Shown piece by piece: positions 49,211 through 59,368 of a stretch of DNA of 64,000 bases. Positions within the stretch are counted from its first letter, which is position 1, and each line of letters begins with the position of its first letter. The DNA comes from Spirochaetia bacterium. Its GTDB lineage: Bacteria > Spirochaetota > Spirochaetia > Treponematales > Treponemataceae. Location: NCBI GenBank assembly GCA_900769325.1, contig CAAGGF010000077.1, forward strand, positions 43,281 to 107,280. Reading direction: 5' to 3'. A program made the translations under genes and the position numbers. Under the pieces are notes generated by a model. It was not told the DNA's origin, did not search any database, and was given only the letters and a program-made list of their open reading frames with translations.

Positions 49211-50483
49211 AAATATTCATTTTTAAAACATTTCTGCTTGCCCACCATGAAGAAATTAAAGGCGTTAAAATTCCGAAAAGAGCGACTGAAAAAACTTCAA
49301 GAGGCTTTACAACAGCCGGAATTGATGCGTAAATTTCAAAAGCATAATTTTTAGAAAGGAATTGGGAGGCAGAAGGCGAAAAAATCATGAAAATTATATA
49401 ATTAAAATAATATTCTGCATCTGCAAGGAAAATAAAAATTGTTGCGATATTTTTTGTAATTAAAAGTGCAAGAATTATCCCGATAAAAACGCCTTTTACG
49501 CCGTTTAAAAATCCTTTCACGATGAAGACCATTTTTATTTCATTTTTCTTTGCACCTAACGACGACATCACTGCAATTTCTTTTGCACGCTCAAAAACAA
49601 GCCTTCTAGTTCCGTTGTAGATGTTTATTCCGACTACAAGAAAAATTACCATTATTAAAAGAAAAATCATGTCCTTTTCGATTCTCAGCGTTGAAAAAAA
49701 ACTTTTATTAAAACTTTTCCATGAAAGGCACTTTACACACGGAAACTGCTTTTTTATATCTGAAATAATTTTTGCATCGGCATTGTAATTTTTCAATTTT
49801 AGAGCGTAAAAAGGTTCTGCATCTTTTCCGAAATATTTTTTTGCATCATCAAGGCTTATAAATGCAAAACTCTGATTTATGTCGAGGTTTCTGGATTCAA
49901 AAATTCCTGAAACAGTAAAAATTCTGTCTTTTGAAATCAATGAAACATCCTTTGAAGAACTTAATGCAAGAAGATTTACTTTGCTTCCCACATAAACGCC
50001 TAAAGATTCTGCAAGATTTACGCCTAAAACGATTTTATTTTCGCCTGAAATGTCAAAATTGCCTGAATAAACTGAAATTTCTTTATTAAACCCCGAATCA
50101 ACATCAAGAATATCGGTTGGAACTGCCTTTATAATGGAAACTGCCTGCTTCCCAGAAGGAGATGCAATCAGGCTCTGGCTTTCATACATTTTTACGGCAC
50201 TTTTTATTTCTTTTTTTGATTCTAAAAATTCTACAAATGACTGTTCTTGCTCAGCCGGAATTTCTGAAGCCTGAATATGAGATGAACTTATTTCAAGGAG
50301 AGAATTTATTGAAGTTCCCTGAAAACCGTTCATTACGCTCAGCACGGAAACTAAAGTCATCACCCCAAAAGCGATTCCAAGAGAACTTAAAAAATTAGTA
50401 ACGCCGGAACTTCCTTTTTTATCTACAGAAGAAAACCTTTTTGAAACAAAGAAAATCCATTTTAATGACTTAAAACTATTCAT
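49188..50483 (-). CDS. LolC/E-family lipoprotein-release ABC permease
   Basis: LGIAFGVMTL..VLSVMNGF; EK; EIAVMSSLGA; probable ATG at 50483 overlapping upstream stop. Confidence 0.85.
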   Translation of the reverse strand: MNSFKSLKWIFFVSKRFSSVDKKGSSGVTNFLSSLGIAFGVMTLVSVLSVMNGFQGTSINSLLEISSSHIQASEIPAEQEQSFVEFLESKKEIKSAVKMYESQSLIASPSGKQAVSIIKAVPTDILDVDSGFNKEISVYSGNFDISGENKIVLGVNLAESLGVYVGSKVNLLALSSSKDVSLISKDRIFTVSGIFESRNLDINQSFAFISLDDAKKYFGKDAEPFYALKLKNYNADAKIISDIKKQFPCVKCLSWKSFNKSFFSTLRIEKDMIFLLIMVIFLVVGINIYNGTRRLVFERAKEIAVMSSLGAKKNEIKMVFIVKGFLNGVKGVFIGIILALLITKNIATIFIFLADAEYYFNYIIFMIFSPSASQFLSKNYAFEIYASIPAVVKPLEVFSVALFGILTPLISSWWASRNVLKMNICEVLHEI

Positions 50484-51633
50484 AATTTTTTCGCCGGAGT
50501 AAAATTCCGTTTTTATAGAACAAATCTTTTGTGCGCTTTCCGTTTGAAACATAAGATTCAACTGAAAAATCATCTTCAAAGAAAATCCGTTCAATATAAT
50601 TAACAGAATCTTTATATTCGACAGATTTTTTTAAAATTCCATTCTCGTAATAAAAATAATCAGGAACGGAAATATTTTTTTCGTAAGAAAAAACTTCTTT
50701 TTGAACACTAGTCGATGCCTTTTTATTTTTACCGGTATTTTCATAATTATATAAAATCGTCTTTTTTTCAACTATACGAAAATCAAAATCATATAAATAA
50801 AAATTTTCTTCGTTTAAAATATATTTTTTTTCGTTTTCATCTTCAAGATTTTCTTCCATGTAGATTTTTTTTGCAGTCACTTTTCCGTCTGAATTATAAA
50901 CCTCGAGGATTTTTGATTTTCCTTCAAGAATTTCAAGAGAATCGGGTTTTAAATTATCAGCAGAATAATTATAAAATTCAGTTTTTTTAATTGAAGAATT
51001 ATTTAAATCGGTTATGTCCCAAATTTCTTTTTTTTCAAGGCGAAGTTTTTCATCAAAATAACAGCGTACAGACTTTTTTCCATCAGAATTTATTATGACG
51101 CGACCGGAAGGATTTTTTTGAAAAGAAAAAGTTTCATCAGAAAAATTAAAATATGAAAGATTATTTTCAAGGTCTAAAACCAAAGTGCTTTTTTCATTTT
51201 CAATGTTTGTAACCGATTCAATAATCTGTAAATCGTTTTTTTCTTCTTCAAAAATATTTACTTCACTTGTGTAATAGTCAAAATCAGAATCAGGCGGAAT
51301 TGAAATATTTTTTAAAAATTCAGAAATGTCTTCAACCGCAAAATCAATTTTATCTGCAAGAAGAGATTCGATTGTTCCGCGCTTGTTTTTGTAAATCAAA
51401 TCAAAATATGTAGCCGGTCCGTTTTCAAAATTCCATGAAATGCGCATCAAAAGATTTGTAAAATCAGAAGGAAGTTTTGAAATCTCTCGGAAAATCTCAT
51501 CATCTGCTTCTTTTAAAAGCGAGGAAACATTTACTTTAAAAAAAAGTTCTTTTAATCCGTCTGAAAGGTTTTGTGAAAAAGAGAAGAATTTAATAAAAAT
51601 CAGCAATAAAGCAAAAAGAATTTTTTTATTCAA
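50476..51633 (-). CDS. Exported hypothetical protein with Tyr-rich beta-hairpin repeats
   Basis: Signal peptide; repeated Y..dG/NG.L motifs in C-terminal half. Confidence 0.65.
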   Translation of the reverse strand: MNKKILFALLLIFIKFFSFSQNLSDGLKELFFKVNVSSLLKEADDEIFREISKLPSDFTNLLMRISWNFENGPATYFDLIYKNKRGTIESLLADKIDFAVEDISEFLKNISIPPDSDFDYYTSEVNIFEEEKNDLQIIESVTNIENEKSTLVLDLENNLSYFNFSDETFSFQKNPSGRVIINSDGKKSVRCYFDEKLRLEKKEIWDITDLNNSSIKKTEFYNYSADNLKPDSLEILEGKSKILEVYNSDGKVTAKKIYMEENLEDENEKKYILNEENFYLYDFDFRIVEKKTILYNYENTGKNKKASTSVQKEVFSYEKNISVPDYFYYENGILKKSVEYKDSVNYIERIFFEDDFSVESYVSNGKRTKDLFYKNGILLRRKNYE

Positions 51634-51635
51634 TT

Positions 51636-52508
51636 TTACAAACCTAAAAATTCATCTGCATATTTTTCAGCATCAAACGGAGCAATATTTTCATATTTTT
51701 CGCCGTCACAGACAAACGCAACAGGAAGATTAAGTTCTTTTCCGATTGTAATTGCAATTCCACCTTTTGCCGTAGAATCGTATTTTGTAAGAATTACGGC
51801 ATCCACTCCGACAGCTTCATTAAATACTTCCGCCTGTCTCAATGCATTCTGCCCTGTCGTTGAATCTAAAACCAAAAGCCGTTTATAAAGTCCTTCTGTT
51901 GCCTTATCAAGACAAACTTTATGAATTTTTTGAAGTTCACGGACAAGGTTTTCTTTATTGTGAAGTCGTCCTGCAGTATCGCTTATTACAAGACCGGAAC
52001 CTTTTGCCTTACATGCACTTGAAGCATCAAAAATTACCGCCGCAGGATCTGAACCGTGCTGATGGCTTACAACCCTTACTGAAATATTTTTTCCGTGAAT
52101 GTCAAGCTGCTCGATAGCTGCCGCCCTGAAAGTATCTGCACTTGCAAGAACGATGTTTTCGACACCTTTTAGTTTGTAATACGAAGCAAGTTTTGCAACT
52201 GAAGTCGTTTTTCCGACACCGTTTACGCCTAAAACCATCCAGATATTTATGCCTGATTCACTTACTTCAAGATTGTATGATTTTACATATTGAAGAATGA
52301 TTTTTTTTAATTCCTGAAGAATGCCGTTTTCTGTCGTGATTTTATTTTTTTTACAGACATCTTCAAGCAAATCAGAAATTTCAAAAGCCGTTTTTGCCCC
52401 TACATCACCTTCGATAAGAGTGTCAGTTAAATCTTCAAAAAATTCTTCATCAATTTTTTTTGATGAAAAAAGACTTTTAAATTTTTCTGCAAAAGTGTTT
52501 TTCCTCAT
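51636..52508 (-). CDS. ftsY: SRP receptor FtsY (NG domain only)
   Basis: GVNGVGKTT, DTFRAAA, DTAGR, TGQN, TKYDSTAKGG; ATG 52508 with GAGGG SD. Confidence 0.95.
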   Translation of the reverse strand: MRKNTFAEKFKSLFSSKKIDEEFFEDLTDTLIEGDVGAKTAFEISDLLEDVCKKNKITTENGILQELKKIILQYVKSYNLEVSESGINIWMVLGVNGVGKTTSVAKLASYYKLKGVENIVLASADTFRAAAIEQLDIHGKNISVRVVSHQHGSDPAAVIFDASSACKAKGSGLVISDTAGRLHNKENLVRELQKIHKVCLDKATEGLYKRLLVLDSTTGQNALRQAEVFNEAVGVDAVILTKYDSTAKGGIAITIGKELNLPVAFVCDGEKYENIAPFDAEKYADEFLGL

Positions 52509-52552
52509 ATTTTCCCTCAATAAATATTAATATTTAAACCTTAAAAAAGTTT

Positions 52553-54301
52553 TTATTCCAAAGCATTCTCACTTTTAATTTCAGAAGTATCAAAAAGCGA
52601 TTCAAAATTTTCAATATCATCATCTGTTGAAAAATTTTCTTCTTCAGTTTTTTGATTTTCTTCGTTTTGTTTAATTTCTTCAAGATTTTTCCTGTCGTTT
52701 TCTTCTAATTTTATTTTCTGCTTTTCTGAAAGAGGTTTTGCTTCAACAGGAAGAACAGTATTTGCCGCAACAAGATAACGGATAAGTTCGTAGATAAAAA
52801 AGCACCCAGAAGCAATTGCAATTCCTCCCGTAACATTTGAAGCGACCTGCCATTTATTTCCGTCTGCGATATTTATTGCAGAACCGTTTTTCAACGCCAT
52901 CGCATAAGAATTGTAGTTCCCGTAGCAGAAAAAATACGGCATAAGAGAAATCATAAAAATACTGTAGGAACCGTACATTTTTTTTCGGCGGCTGTCGATG
53001 TATTCGCTTCTGTCAAAAGTTTTTACATCCGCTTTCAAAAACGCTGAATCAATCAATGTTTTTTCTGGAATGAAAAAATCTGCCGCTTTACCGTCTGTAT
53101 TTATAAAATGACCCATTATGTTTTTTCCGTTTATGGAAATTGCAGAATAAGGCTTTTCATAACTGATTTTTCCTGAAAAAATGCCGTTTGCAAAAATATC
53201 GCCTTCATAAGGCTTTAAAAACCTGAGCGAAACTGAACCTTCTTGAATTTTTTGCATCTGGACATTAATCTCGTAACTTGCATTTCCTTTAAAATGGTAT
53301 GAAGCAGTTAAATCTTTATAACCGTCTGAAGAAAAATGCAGCGTGTGAATTCCGCTTGAAAGAACAATATTTTCAAATGATTTTGTATAAACAGCATCAT
53401 CAATCAAAATCCTTACATCATTTTTTATTTCTTCCGGTTCAACAGAAATAGAAACGGAAATCGGAATGCTGTCAGAAAGTTTTGGGCTTATAATAGAAGA
53501 AATGTTTTGTGCAAGCGAATTTAAATCAGAAAAAGATGCAACATCAACAGCATTGCCTATAACTTTTCCTCCCGGATAATTGTAAAGAGTAACTGAGACG
53601 GAAAGAAAATCTCCGTACGATGTGATTTTTCCTGTTATAAGACAATTTATGTTTGCAGAAACGAGTTTATTTACAGTTTCACTTCTTGTGTAATCAAAAT
53701 CCAAATCTGATTTTAAATCCGTGTAGAGTTTTTGCGGGTCAGACTGATAAATAGAAATGTCTTCGATAACGGGAGATTCGTATTTTCCGAAAAAATTTTT
53801 AAAATAATTTGCCTTATCGCCCTCTTCAAATTTTTGCTCTTCATGAATTTTCTTTTCGTATTCTTTTTTAACTTTTTCAACTTCTTTTAAATTTTGAGAA
53901 ATTTTTTCTTCGATGTCTTTTATTTTTTTATCTGATTCTTTTAACTTTCGCTTTAATTTTGACTTTGAATAATCGTTTAAAAATATTACATCGCGCAATT
54001 TTACTTCATTTGAAAGCTGAAGAAAAAGAGAAATCCGTTCCTTTTGAAAATCATAGAGTTTTCTGTCTAAAATTTCCTGTGATGCAAGACGCCTCTGAAC
54101 ATTTTCGTTTAAAAATTCCAAAATCAAAGACGGAAGCACTTGAGAACACGATTTTAACACCTCGTTATCCTTGTTATTTGTAAGGACAAAAGGTTCTGCG
54201 GCAACAGTCCATTTTGACGCTGCATAAAGATTTTCAAAAGAAAACAAAAGTGCGGAAAATAAAATAAATTTAAGGGAAAATTTAAAGATTTTCGTCGTCA
54301 T
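52553..54301 (-). CDS. Hypothetical exported/membrane protein with PEGA-like segment
   Basis: Signal peptide, coiled coil, G.HTL.FSSDGY (PEGA-like), two C-terminal hydrophobic segments; start uncertain (54301 or 54343). Confidence 0.65.
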   Translation of the reverse strand: MTTKIFKFSLKFILFSALLFSFENLYAASKWTVAAEPFVLTNNKDNEVLKSCSQVLPSLILEFLNENVQRRLASQEILDRKLYDFQKERISLFLQLSNEVKLRDVIFLNDYSKSKLKRKLKESDKKIKDIEEKISQNLKEVEKVKKEYEKKIHEEQKFEEGDKANYFKNFFGKYESPVIEDISIYQSDPQKLYTDLKSDLDFDYTRSETVNKLVSANINCLITGKITSYGDFLSVSVTLYNYPGGKVIGNAVDVASFSDLNSLAQNISSIISPKLSDSIPISVSISVEPEEIKNDVRILIDDAVYTKSFENIVLSSGIHTLHFSSDGYKDLTASYHFKGNASYEINVQMQKIQEGSVSLRFLKPYEGDIFANGIFSGKISYEKPYSAISINGKNIMGHFINTDGKAADFFIPEKTLIDSAFLKADVKTFDRSEYIDSRRKKMYGSYSIFMISLMPYFFCYGNYNSYAMALKNGSAINIADGNKWQVASNVTGGIAIASGCFFIYELIRYLVAANTVLPVEAKPLSEKQKIKLEENDRKNLEEIKQNEENQKTEEENFSTDDDIENFESLFDTSEIKSENALE

Positions 54302-55418
54302 CGTCCTTTGAATCCATCGCTTTTCCTTTCCATTTTGCGACAAGATAAGCGTTCATAAAATCGTCTAAATCCCCGTCCATTACAGCCTGAATATTACCAG
54401 ATTCAAATTTTGTCCTGTGATCTTTTACCATTGTATAAGGCTGAAAAACATAAGAGCGGATTTGGCTTCCAAAGGAAATGTCTTTTTTTTCAGAACCGAA
54501 TTTTGAATTTTCCTCTTCTTTTTTTTGACGGTAATATTCATAAAGTTTTGATTTAAGCATGCTCATACAGCTTGCGCGGTTCATAAGCTGGCTGCGTTCA
54601 GACTGACAGGCAACAACGATTCCTGTTGGAATATGCGTAAACCGAACGGCTGATTCTGTTTTGTTTACATGCTGACCGCCCTTTCCGCCTGCACGGTAAG
54701 TATCGATTCTTAAATCTTCAGGTTTAATTTCAACTTCGATTGAATCATCTAAAACCGGAAAAACATAAACACTTGCAAAAGATGTGTGCCGCCTTGCATT
54801 TGAATCAAAAGGACTGATTCTTACAAGACGATGAATTCCGGCTTCGCATTTTAAATAACCGTAAACATAATCGCCTTCAATCTGCATAGTAACAGATTTT
54901 ATTCCGCCTTCCGCCTCAAGAATATCGATAGTTTCAATTTTAAAACCGTGGCGTTCTGCCCATCTTGTATACATTCTGCTTAGCATATATGCCCAGTCTT
55001 CTGCTTCTGTTCCGCCTGCCCCCGAATGAATCGTAATAAAGGCAGCAGAATCATCAACTTCATCTGAGAGAAGATTTAAAACATTCAATTTTTCAAATTC
55101 CTGTTTTAAATTTTCATACATTTCAACAAATTCTGCTTCATCATCAAGAGAAGAAGATTCAAGTGCTAGGTCGTACATTGCTTCCAAATCGCTGAAATCT
55201 GAAAAAAGTTTCTTCCAAGGCTCGATTCGTTTTTTTAATTTGCGGATTTCTGCCATGACTTTTTCTGCTTTTTCATGATTGTCCCAAAAATCAGGATTTT
55301 CTGTAATTTTTTCTTTTTCTTTTATTTTTTTTTCAACAGAATTTGTGTCCAGTTTTTCGTAAACATTTGAAATTTCTGTTTTTAATTCGTTCAATTGAAA
55401 TTTATAATCTTCTATCAT
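54282..55418 (-). CDS. prfB: Peptide chain release factor 2, single uninterrupted ORF
   Basis: GAGGTEA.DW, HRLVRISPF (SPF), GGQ, ERSQ, QIRSYV. Confidence 0.96.
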   Translation of the reverse strand: MIEDYKFQLNELKTEISNVYEKLDTNSVEKKIKEKEKITENPDFWDNHEKAEKVMAEIRKLKKRIEPWKKLFSDFSDLEAMYDLALESSSLDDEAEFVEMYENLKQEFEKLNVLNLLSDEVDDSAAFITIHSGAGGTEAEDWAYMLSRMYTRWAERHGFKIETIDILEAEGGIKSVTMQIEGDYVYGYLKCEAGIHRLVRISPFDSNARRHTSFASVYVFPVLDDSIEVEIKPEDLRIDTYRAGGKGGQHVNKTESAVRFTHIPTGIVVACQSERSQLMNRASCMSMLKSKLYEYYRQKKEEENSKFGSEKKDISFGSQIRSYVFQPYTMVKDHRTKFESGNIQAVMDGDLDDFMNAYLVAKWKGKAMDSKDDDDENL

Positions 55419-55516
55419 AATTAATCCTGTGCAATATGTATTTTTAAGTGTACCATAAAAAAAGAATAATTTGAATACTGTTGAAAAAAATCATTGTAAA
55501 ATTCAAAGGGAAGTAT

Positions 55517-55545
55517 TTGACAATTAAAAGAATGCAAAATATTAT
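55517..55545 (+). promoter_or_regulatory. Sigma70-type promoter (leaderless geometry)
   Basis: TTGACA, 17 nt, TATTAT, 6 nt, ATG 55552; no SD. Confidence 0.7.
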
Positions 55546-55551
55546 AAACAT

Positions 55552-56451
55552 ATGAAGAAAAATTTTATTTCAATTCTTTTAACGCTTTTTTTTCTGCCGG
55601 TTTTTTCTTTTGAACGGCCAATTGTAAAAAACATCAATGCAATTCCGGGAAAAATAAATACAATCACAGTTACATGGACTTTACCGGAAAATCCAAATCC
55701 TCAAATCACAGAAATAAAAATTTTCAGAACGCTCAAGCAGATTAAAAATTTTTCACAACTAAAAGATGAAAATCCTCTTGCATCCCTTCCGCCTGATTCT
55801 ACAGGTTATACAGATAAAGTTCCCAATTACCGCGATTATTTTTATACAGTCATCGCAAAAACAAAAAAATCACTTGAAACTACTGTGATTCCCTCAGAAA
55901 ATGCAACGGTAAAGCCGGTTCACATATCTCTTCCGGAACCTGAACCTAAAAAAGACACTGGAAAAGTTAAAGCTCAAAAAACTTACCCGGACGGAACTTT
56001 ACGCGAAAAGCCACTTCCATACCTTGACCTTCTTGAGAAAAAAAATGAAGTTAAAATCGAAATGAGCCTTCAGGCAAAATCTGTTGCAGAGAATCTTGGA
56101 AGCGACAAAAACAAAATAAAAAACAAGAATTTTCAGAAGCCTTACATTTTTGAAGAAGATTTAATAAGCCCTGACGGCGGGGACGATTTTCTTCTTTTTG
56201 AAATACTAAAAAATTCTTTCATCCGGCAAAATTATTCTGAAAGCGAAAAAGAACTTGCACGCCTTTCAGGAACAAAAATTTCAGAAGATGTTTTAAACCG
56301 TGCAACATTCTACCTTGGAGAATCGCATTATTTTCAAGGAAATTATCAAAGTGCCGTTAAAAACTTTTTAAAAGTCTACGAAGTCTTCCCGGAACTTTCA
56401 AAAAAGTGGATTACTTCTTCTCTGGATTTGCTTGAAATCCCGGAATTTTAA
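55552..56451 (+). CDS. Exported protein, Fn3-like N-terminus and C-terminal TPR
   Basis: Signal peptide; ITVTW...IFR...YTD...YFYTVIA; ATFYLGESHYFQGNY. Confidence 0.7.
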   Translation: MKKNFISILLTLFFLPVFSFERPIVKNINAIPGKINTITVTWTLPENPNPQITEIKIFRTLKQIKNFSQLKDENPLASLPPDSTGYTDKVPNYRDYFYTVIAKTKKSLETTVIPSENATVKPVHISLPEPEPKKDTGKVKAQKTYPDGTLREKPLPYLDLLEKKNEVKIEMSLQAKSVAENLGSDKNKIKNKNFQKPYIFEEDLISPDGGDDFLLFEILKNSFIRQNYSESEKELARLSGTKISEDVLNRATFYLGESHYFQGNYQSAVKNFLKVYEVFPELSKKWITSSLDLLEIPEF

Positions 56452-56488
56452 TCATAAATTAAAAAGAGAATTTTTATAAATCTTTCAA

Positions 56489-58570
56489 TTAATAAATTCC
56501 GCGGATTAAGTCTACAAACGAAGGAGATTTATTAATCGGTAAATCGCTGTAATTTAAAGTCTTTTTCAGATTTCCGTCTTTTTCTGAAACCGGTGCGTTT
56601 TCATTTAATAGCAACTGAGTTTCCGTATTATTCGGATTTGAAATTAAAACCACTTCATCTAAAATATTCGTTTTATCGTATAAGCCGTCGTATTCAAGTA
56701 TTCCTTCTGAAATTTCTTCTGAACACGATGTCAAAGTAAGTTTTCCAAGCCTGTCATAATCTTTGTAAACAAGCGAAGAAGAATTGCTTGAAACGGAAAC
56801 AGCATCCTTTTTTACGACATCAAAAACAGAACCTTCATAAACATTGTCAGTTTTCCCAAGGTCTACAAGCAACGTGTTTCCGCTCCTGTTTAAAATTTTC
56901 CCGCGTACAGGAAGAAGAGAAAGAACAGCTTTGTGCATTCTTCTAAAAACATTTGAATATCTGTTGTTTCCCGTGTTATAAAAAGAAAAATCTTTCAATT
57001 TTGTTCCGGTTTTTCCAACATACATGCTTAAATTTAATGTTACATCGCGGAAACCTTCATCCACATCTAAAACAAGGAAAAAATCACAGGCGTTTTTTCT
57101 TGCAGTTTTATACGCTTCTGCAAAACTTGAAATTTTATTTACTTCCGTAGAAATATTTGTTTTTGAAAGGCCTGAAAAAACTTCTGATGCGTATTTTGCG
57201 GCGACAAAATTGTTTTCAACATGCATCGAATAAGAATTTGAATCTTTGTAAAAAATTCCGATTTTGTATCTTGTCTTGTCTAAATAAAAAGGTTCGATTT
57301 TCCATTTTTTGCTCAAGGAATTTGAAAGAAGCGAAGTATAGGATTCAATTGAATCAGAAAGTTCTCGGGAAATTTTCTCTTTTTCCTGATTTTCATATAT
57401 AAATTGAATCTGATTTAAATAAGATTCGTTGTAGCCGTTTAACTTTAAAACTTGAGCAAACTGATAGCGTGCATCAAAATTAAACGGCTCGATTTTCAAT
57501 GCCCTCTGATATTCAAAAGCCGTTCCCGGATAATCAAATCTTTTTTCGTATTCTAAAGCATTTTCCGCATGATATTTAGACCAAACAGAACGCCTTTCAT
57601 CTTCGATATCGACAAAAGAGTTTACAAGAATTTCTAAAGCGGCTCTCATAATTTCATCATCGCCTGAAATTTCACAGCCCTGCGACCAGGTGTTTATTGC
57701 ACTTTCAAAATCCGAGAGTTTATATTCTGCAAAACCTTTTAAATACCAAGCAGTTTTTCTTGACCTGTCGTGTTCGATTCTGTAGTCGCAGATATTGATT
57801 ACTTCTTCGTACTGTGAAAGCCTGTATAAAATATTTGCAAGGAGTTCGTAAAATTTATCTTCATTTGGATTTAATTCAAGGGAAAGCCGAACTCTTTTTT
57901 CAGCATTTTTGTAATCGCCCTGCATGACATAAAGAATCGCAGAATAATAATACACATCTGCGTTTCCAGTGTAAAAATTTAATGCCTTCTGAATGTATTC
58001 CTGTGCTTCCCTGTATTTTCCCTGTTTTCCCAAAAGAAGACCGAGACTCAGCAAAGCCTTTCTGTTTGAACTTTCTCGGAAAAGGGCATTTTCGTATTCT
58101 TTTTCTGCAGCTGAATATTTTCCATTTAAAAGAAAAAGCTCAGCCCGCCCGAATCTTGCAGTCACATCGTTCGGGTACATTTTTAAAACTTCATCAAAAA
58201 TTTTTTCTGCTTCAGGAATTTTACCAAGAGAGATATAAGTCATTCCGCGAAGATTTAAAATTTTAGGATCTGAAGGAGAATATTTTTCTGCGTTTTCAAG
58301 GTAAGAAAGCGTAAGGTCAAATTCGTCAAGTTGGTACGAACATTCTGCAAGCAAAAACCACGCCTTATGGTAATCAGGATTTTTTGCTACAGTCTCAAGA
58401 AGATATTGATACGCCGAATACCAGTTTTCATCTTCGATTTCTTTTTCTGCAAGAACAAAATAATCAGAAGCCGACTTTGAAGAATCTTCTGCAACTAAAG
58501 AAAAAGAAAATAAAATTAAAAAAAAGAGTGTAAAAAATTTATTCTTTTTTATCATTAGAACTTCCGTCAT
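56489..58570 (-). CDS. Exported tetratricopeptide repeat protein
   Basis: Signal peptide and multiple TPRs; start may be 58555. Confidence 0.85.
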   Translation of the reverse strand: MTEVLMIKKNKFFTLFFLILFSFSLVAEDSSKSASDYFVLAEKEIEDENWYSAYQYLLETVAKNPDYHKAWFLLAECSYQLDEFDLTLSYLENAEKYSPSDPKILNLRGMTYISLGKIPEAEKIFDEVLKMYPNDVTARFGRAELFLLNGKYSAAEKEYENALFRESSNRKALLSLGLLLGKQGKYREAQEYIQKALNFYTGNADVYYYSAILYVMQGDYKNAEKRVRLSLELNPNEDKFYELLANILYRLSQYEEVINICDYRIEHDRSRKTAWYLKGFAEYKLSDFESAINTWSQGCEISGDDEIMRAALEILVNSFVDIEDERRSVWSKYHAENALEYEKRFDYPGTAFEYQRALKIEPFNFDARYQFAQVLKLNGYNESYLNQIQFIYENQEKEKISRELSDSIESYTSLLSNSLSKKWKIEPFYLDKTRYKIGIFYKDSNSYSMHVENNFVAAKYASEVFSGLSKTNISTEVNKISSFAEAYKTARKNACDFFLVLDVDEGFRDVTLNLSMYVGKTGTKLKDFSFYNTGNNRYSNVFRRMHKAVLSLLPVRGKILNRSGNTLLVDLGKTDNVYEGSVFDVVKKDAVSVSSNSSSLVYKDYDRLGKLTLTSCSEEISEGILEYDGLYDKTNILDEVVLISNPNNTETQLLLNENAPVSEKDGNLKKTLNYSDLPINKSPSFVDLIRGIY

Positions 58571-59351
58571 CGTTTGATTTTTTTATAACTTTTACAGAAT
58601 TTATTCTGTGACCTTCGATATCCTGAACGATAAAATCAAAATCATTCCAGGACGCTTTTTCAAATTTTACAGGAACTTTCCCGAAAAGGTCAAACACAAA
58701 ACCTCCGAGAGAATCAAAATCATCATCCGGGAAAGATGCATTTATTGTATCGTTTAAATCGTGCAAATTCACCCTTGCATCGCATAAATAAGCATTATTT
58801 CCCAAAGATGTTATGTCTTCCCTTTCGTTGTCAAATTCATCCTGAATGTCGCCGACAATTTCTTCGATTATGTCTTCCATTGTAATGATGCCGGAAACTC
58901 CGCCGTATTCGTCGATGGCAATTGCAATGTGAAGATGCTTTCGTTTGAATTCGCGCAAAAGAGAGTCAATTCTTTTTGACTCTGGAACAAAATATGGTTT
59001 CCTGATGATTTTTTCAACTTCGATTTTTTTGTTTTTGCAAATTGAATAAACGATGTCTTTTACATACAAAACGCCTGTAACATTGTCAATTGATTCGCTG
59101 TAAACTGGAAACCGGGAATGACCGCTTTCAGAAATTTTTTCAAGAAGCTCGTCAGTTTCTGTATCAATGCTGATAAAATCTACATCCATTCTGGGAACCA
59201 TTACTTCTTTTACAGTCGTGTCGTGAAGTTCTTCGATTCCCTGAATCATATCTTCTTTTTCTTCGTTAAAAATTTCCTGCTGTTCCAGAGAAATTTCTTC
59301 TGAACTTTTTGTTTCTGAAGCCTTTTTTTTATTAAAATTTAAAAAACTCAT
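58539..59351 (-). CDS. CorC/TlyC-family CBS-domain protein
   Basis: VKEVMVPR, GHSRFPV, DEYGGVSG..T.EDIIEEIVGDIQDE, CorC_HlyC tail; probable ATG 59351. Confidence 0.9.
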   Translation of the reverse strand: MSFLNFNKKKASETKSSEEISLEQQEIFNEEKEDMIQGIEELHDTTVKEVMVPRMDVDFISIDTETDELLEKISESGHSRFPVYSESIDNVTGVLYVKDIVYSICKNKKIEVEKIIRKPYFVPESKRIDSLLREFKRKHLHIAIAIDEYGGVSGIITMEDIIEEIVGDIQDEFDNEREDITSLGNNAYLCDARVNLHDLNDTINASFPDDDFDSLGGFVFDLFGKVPVKFEKASWNDFDFIVQDIEGHRINSVKVIKKSNDDGSSNDKKE

Positions 59352-59368
59352 AAATTTTCCTGCAATTT

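Noticed and set aside
58539..59351. Haemolysin virulence gene
   Set aside because: CBS/CorC protein in the conserved phoH-ybeY operon; ion-homeostasis role more likely
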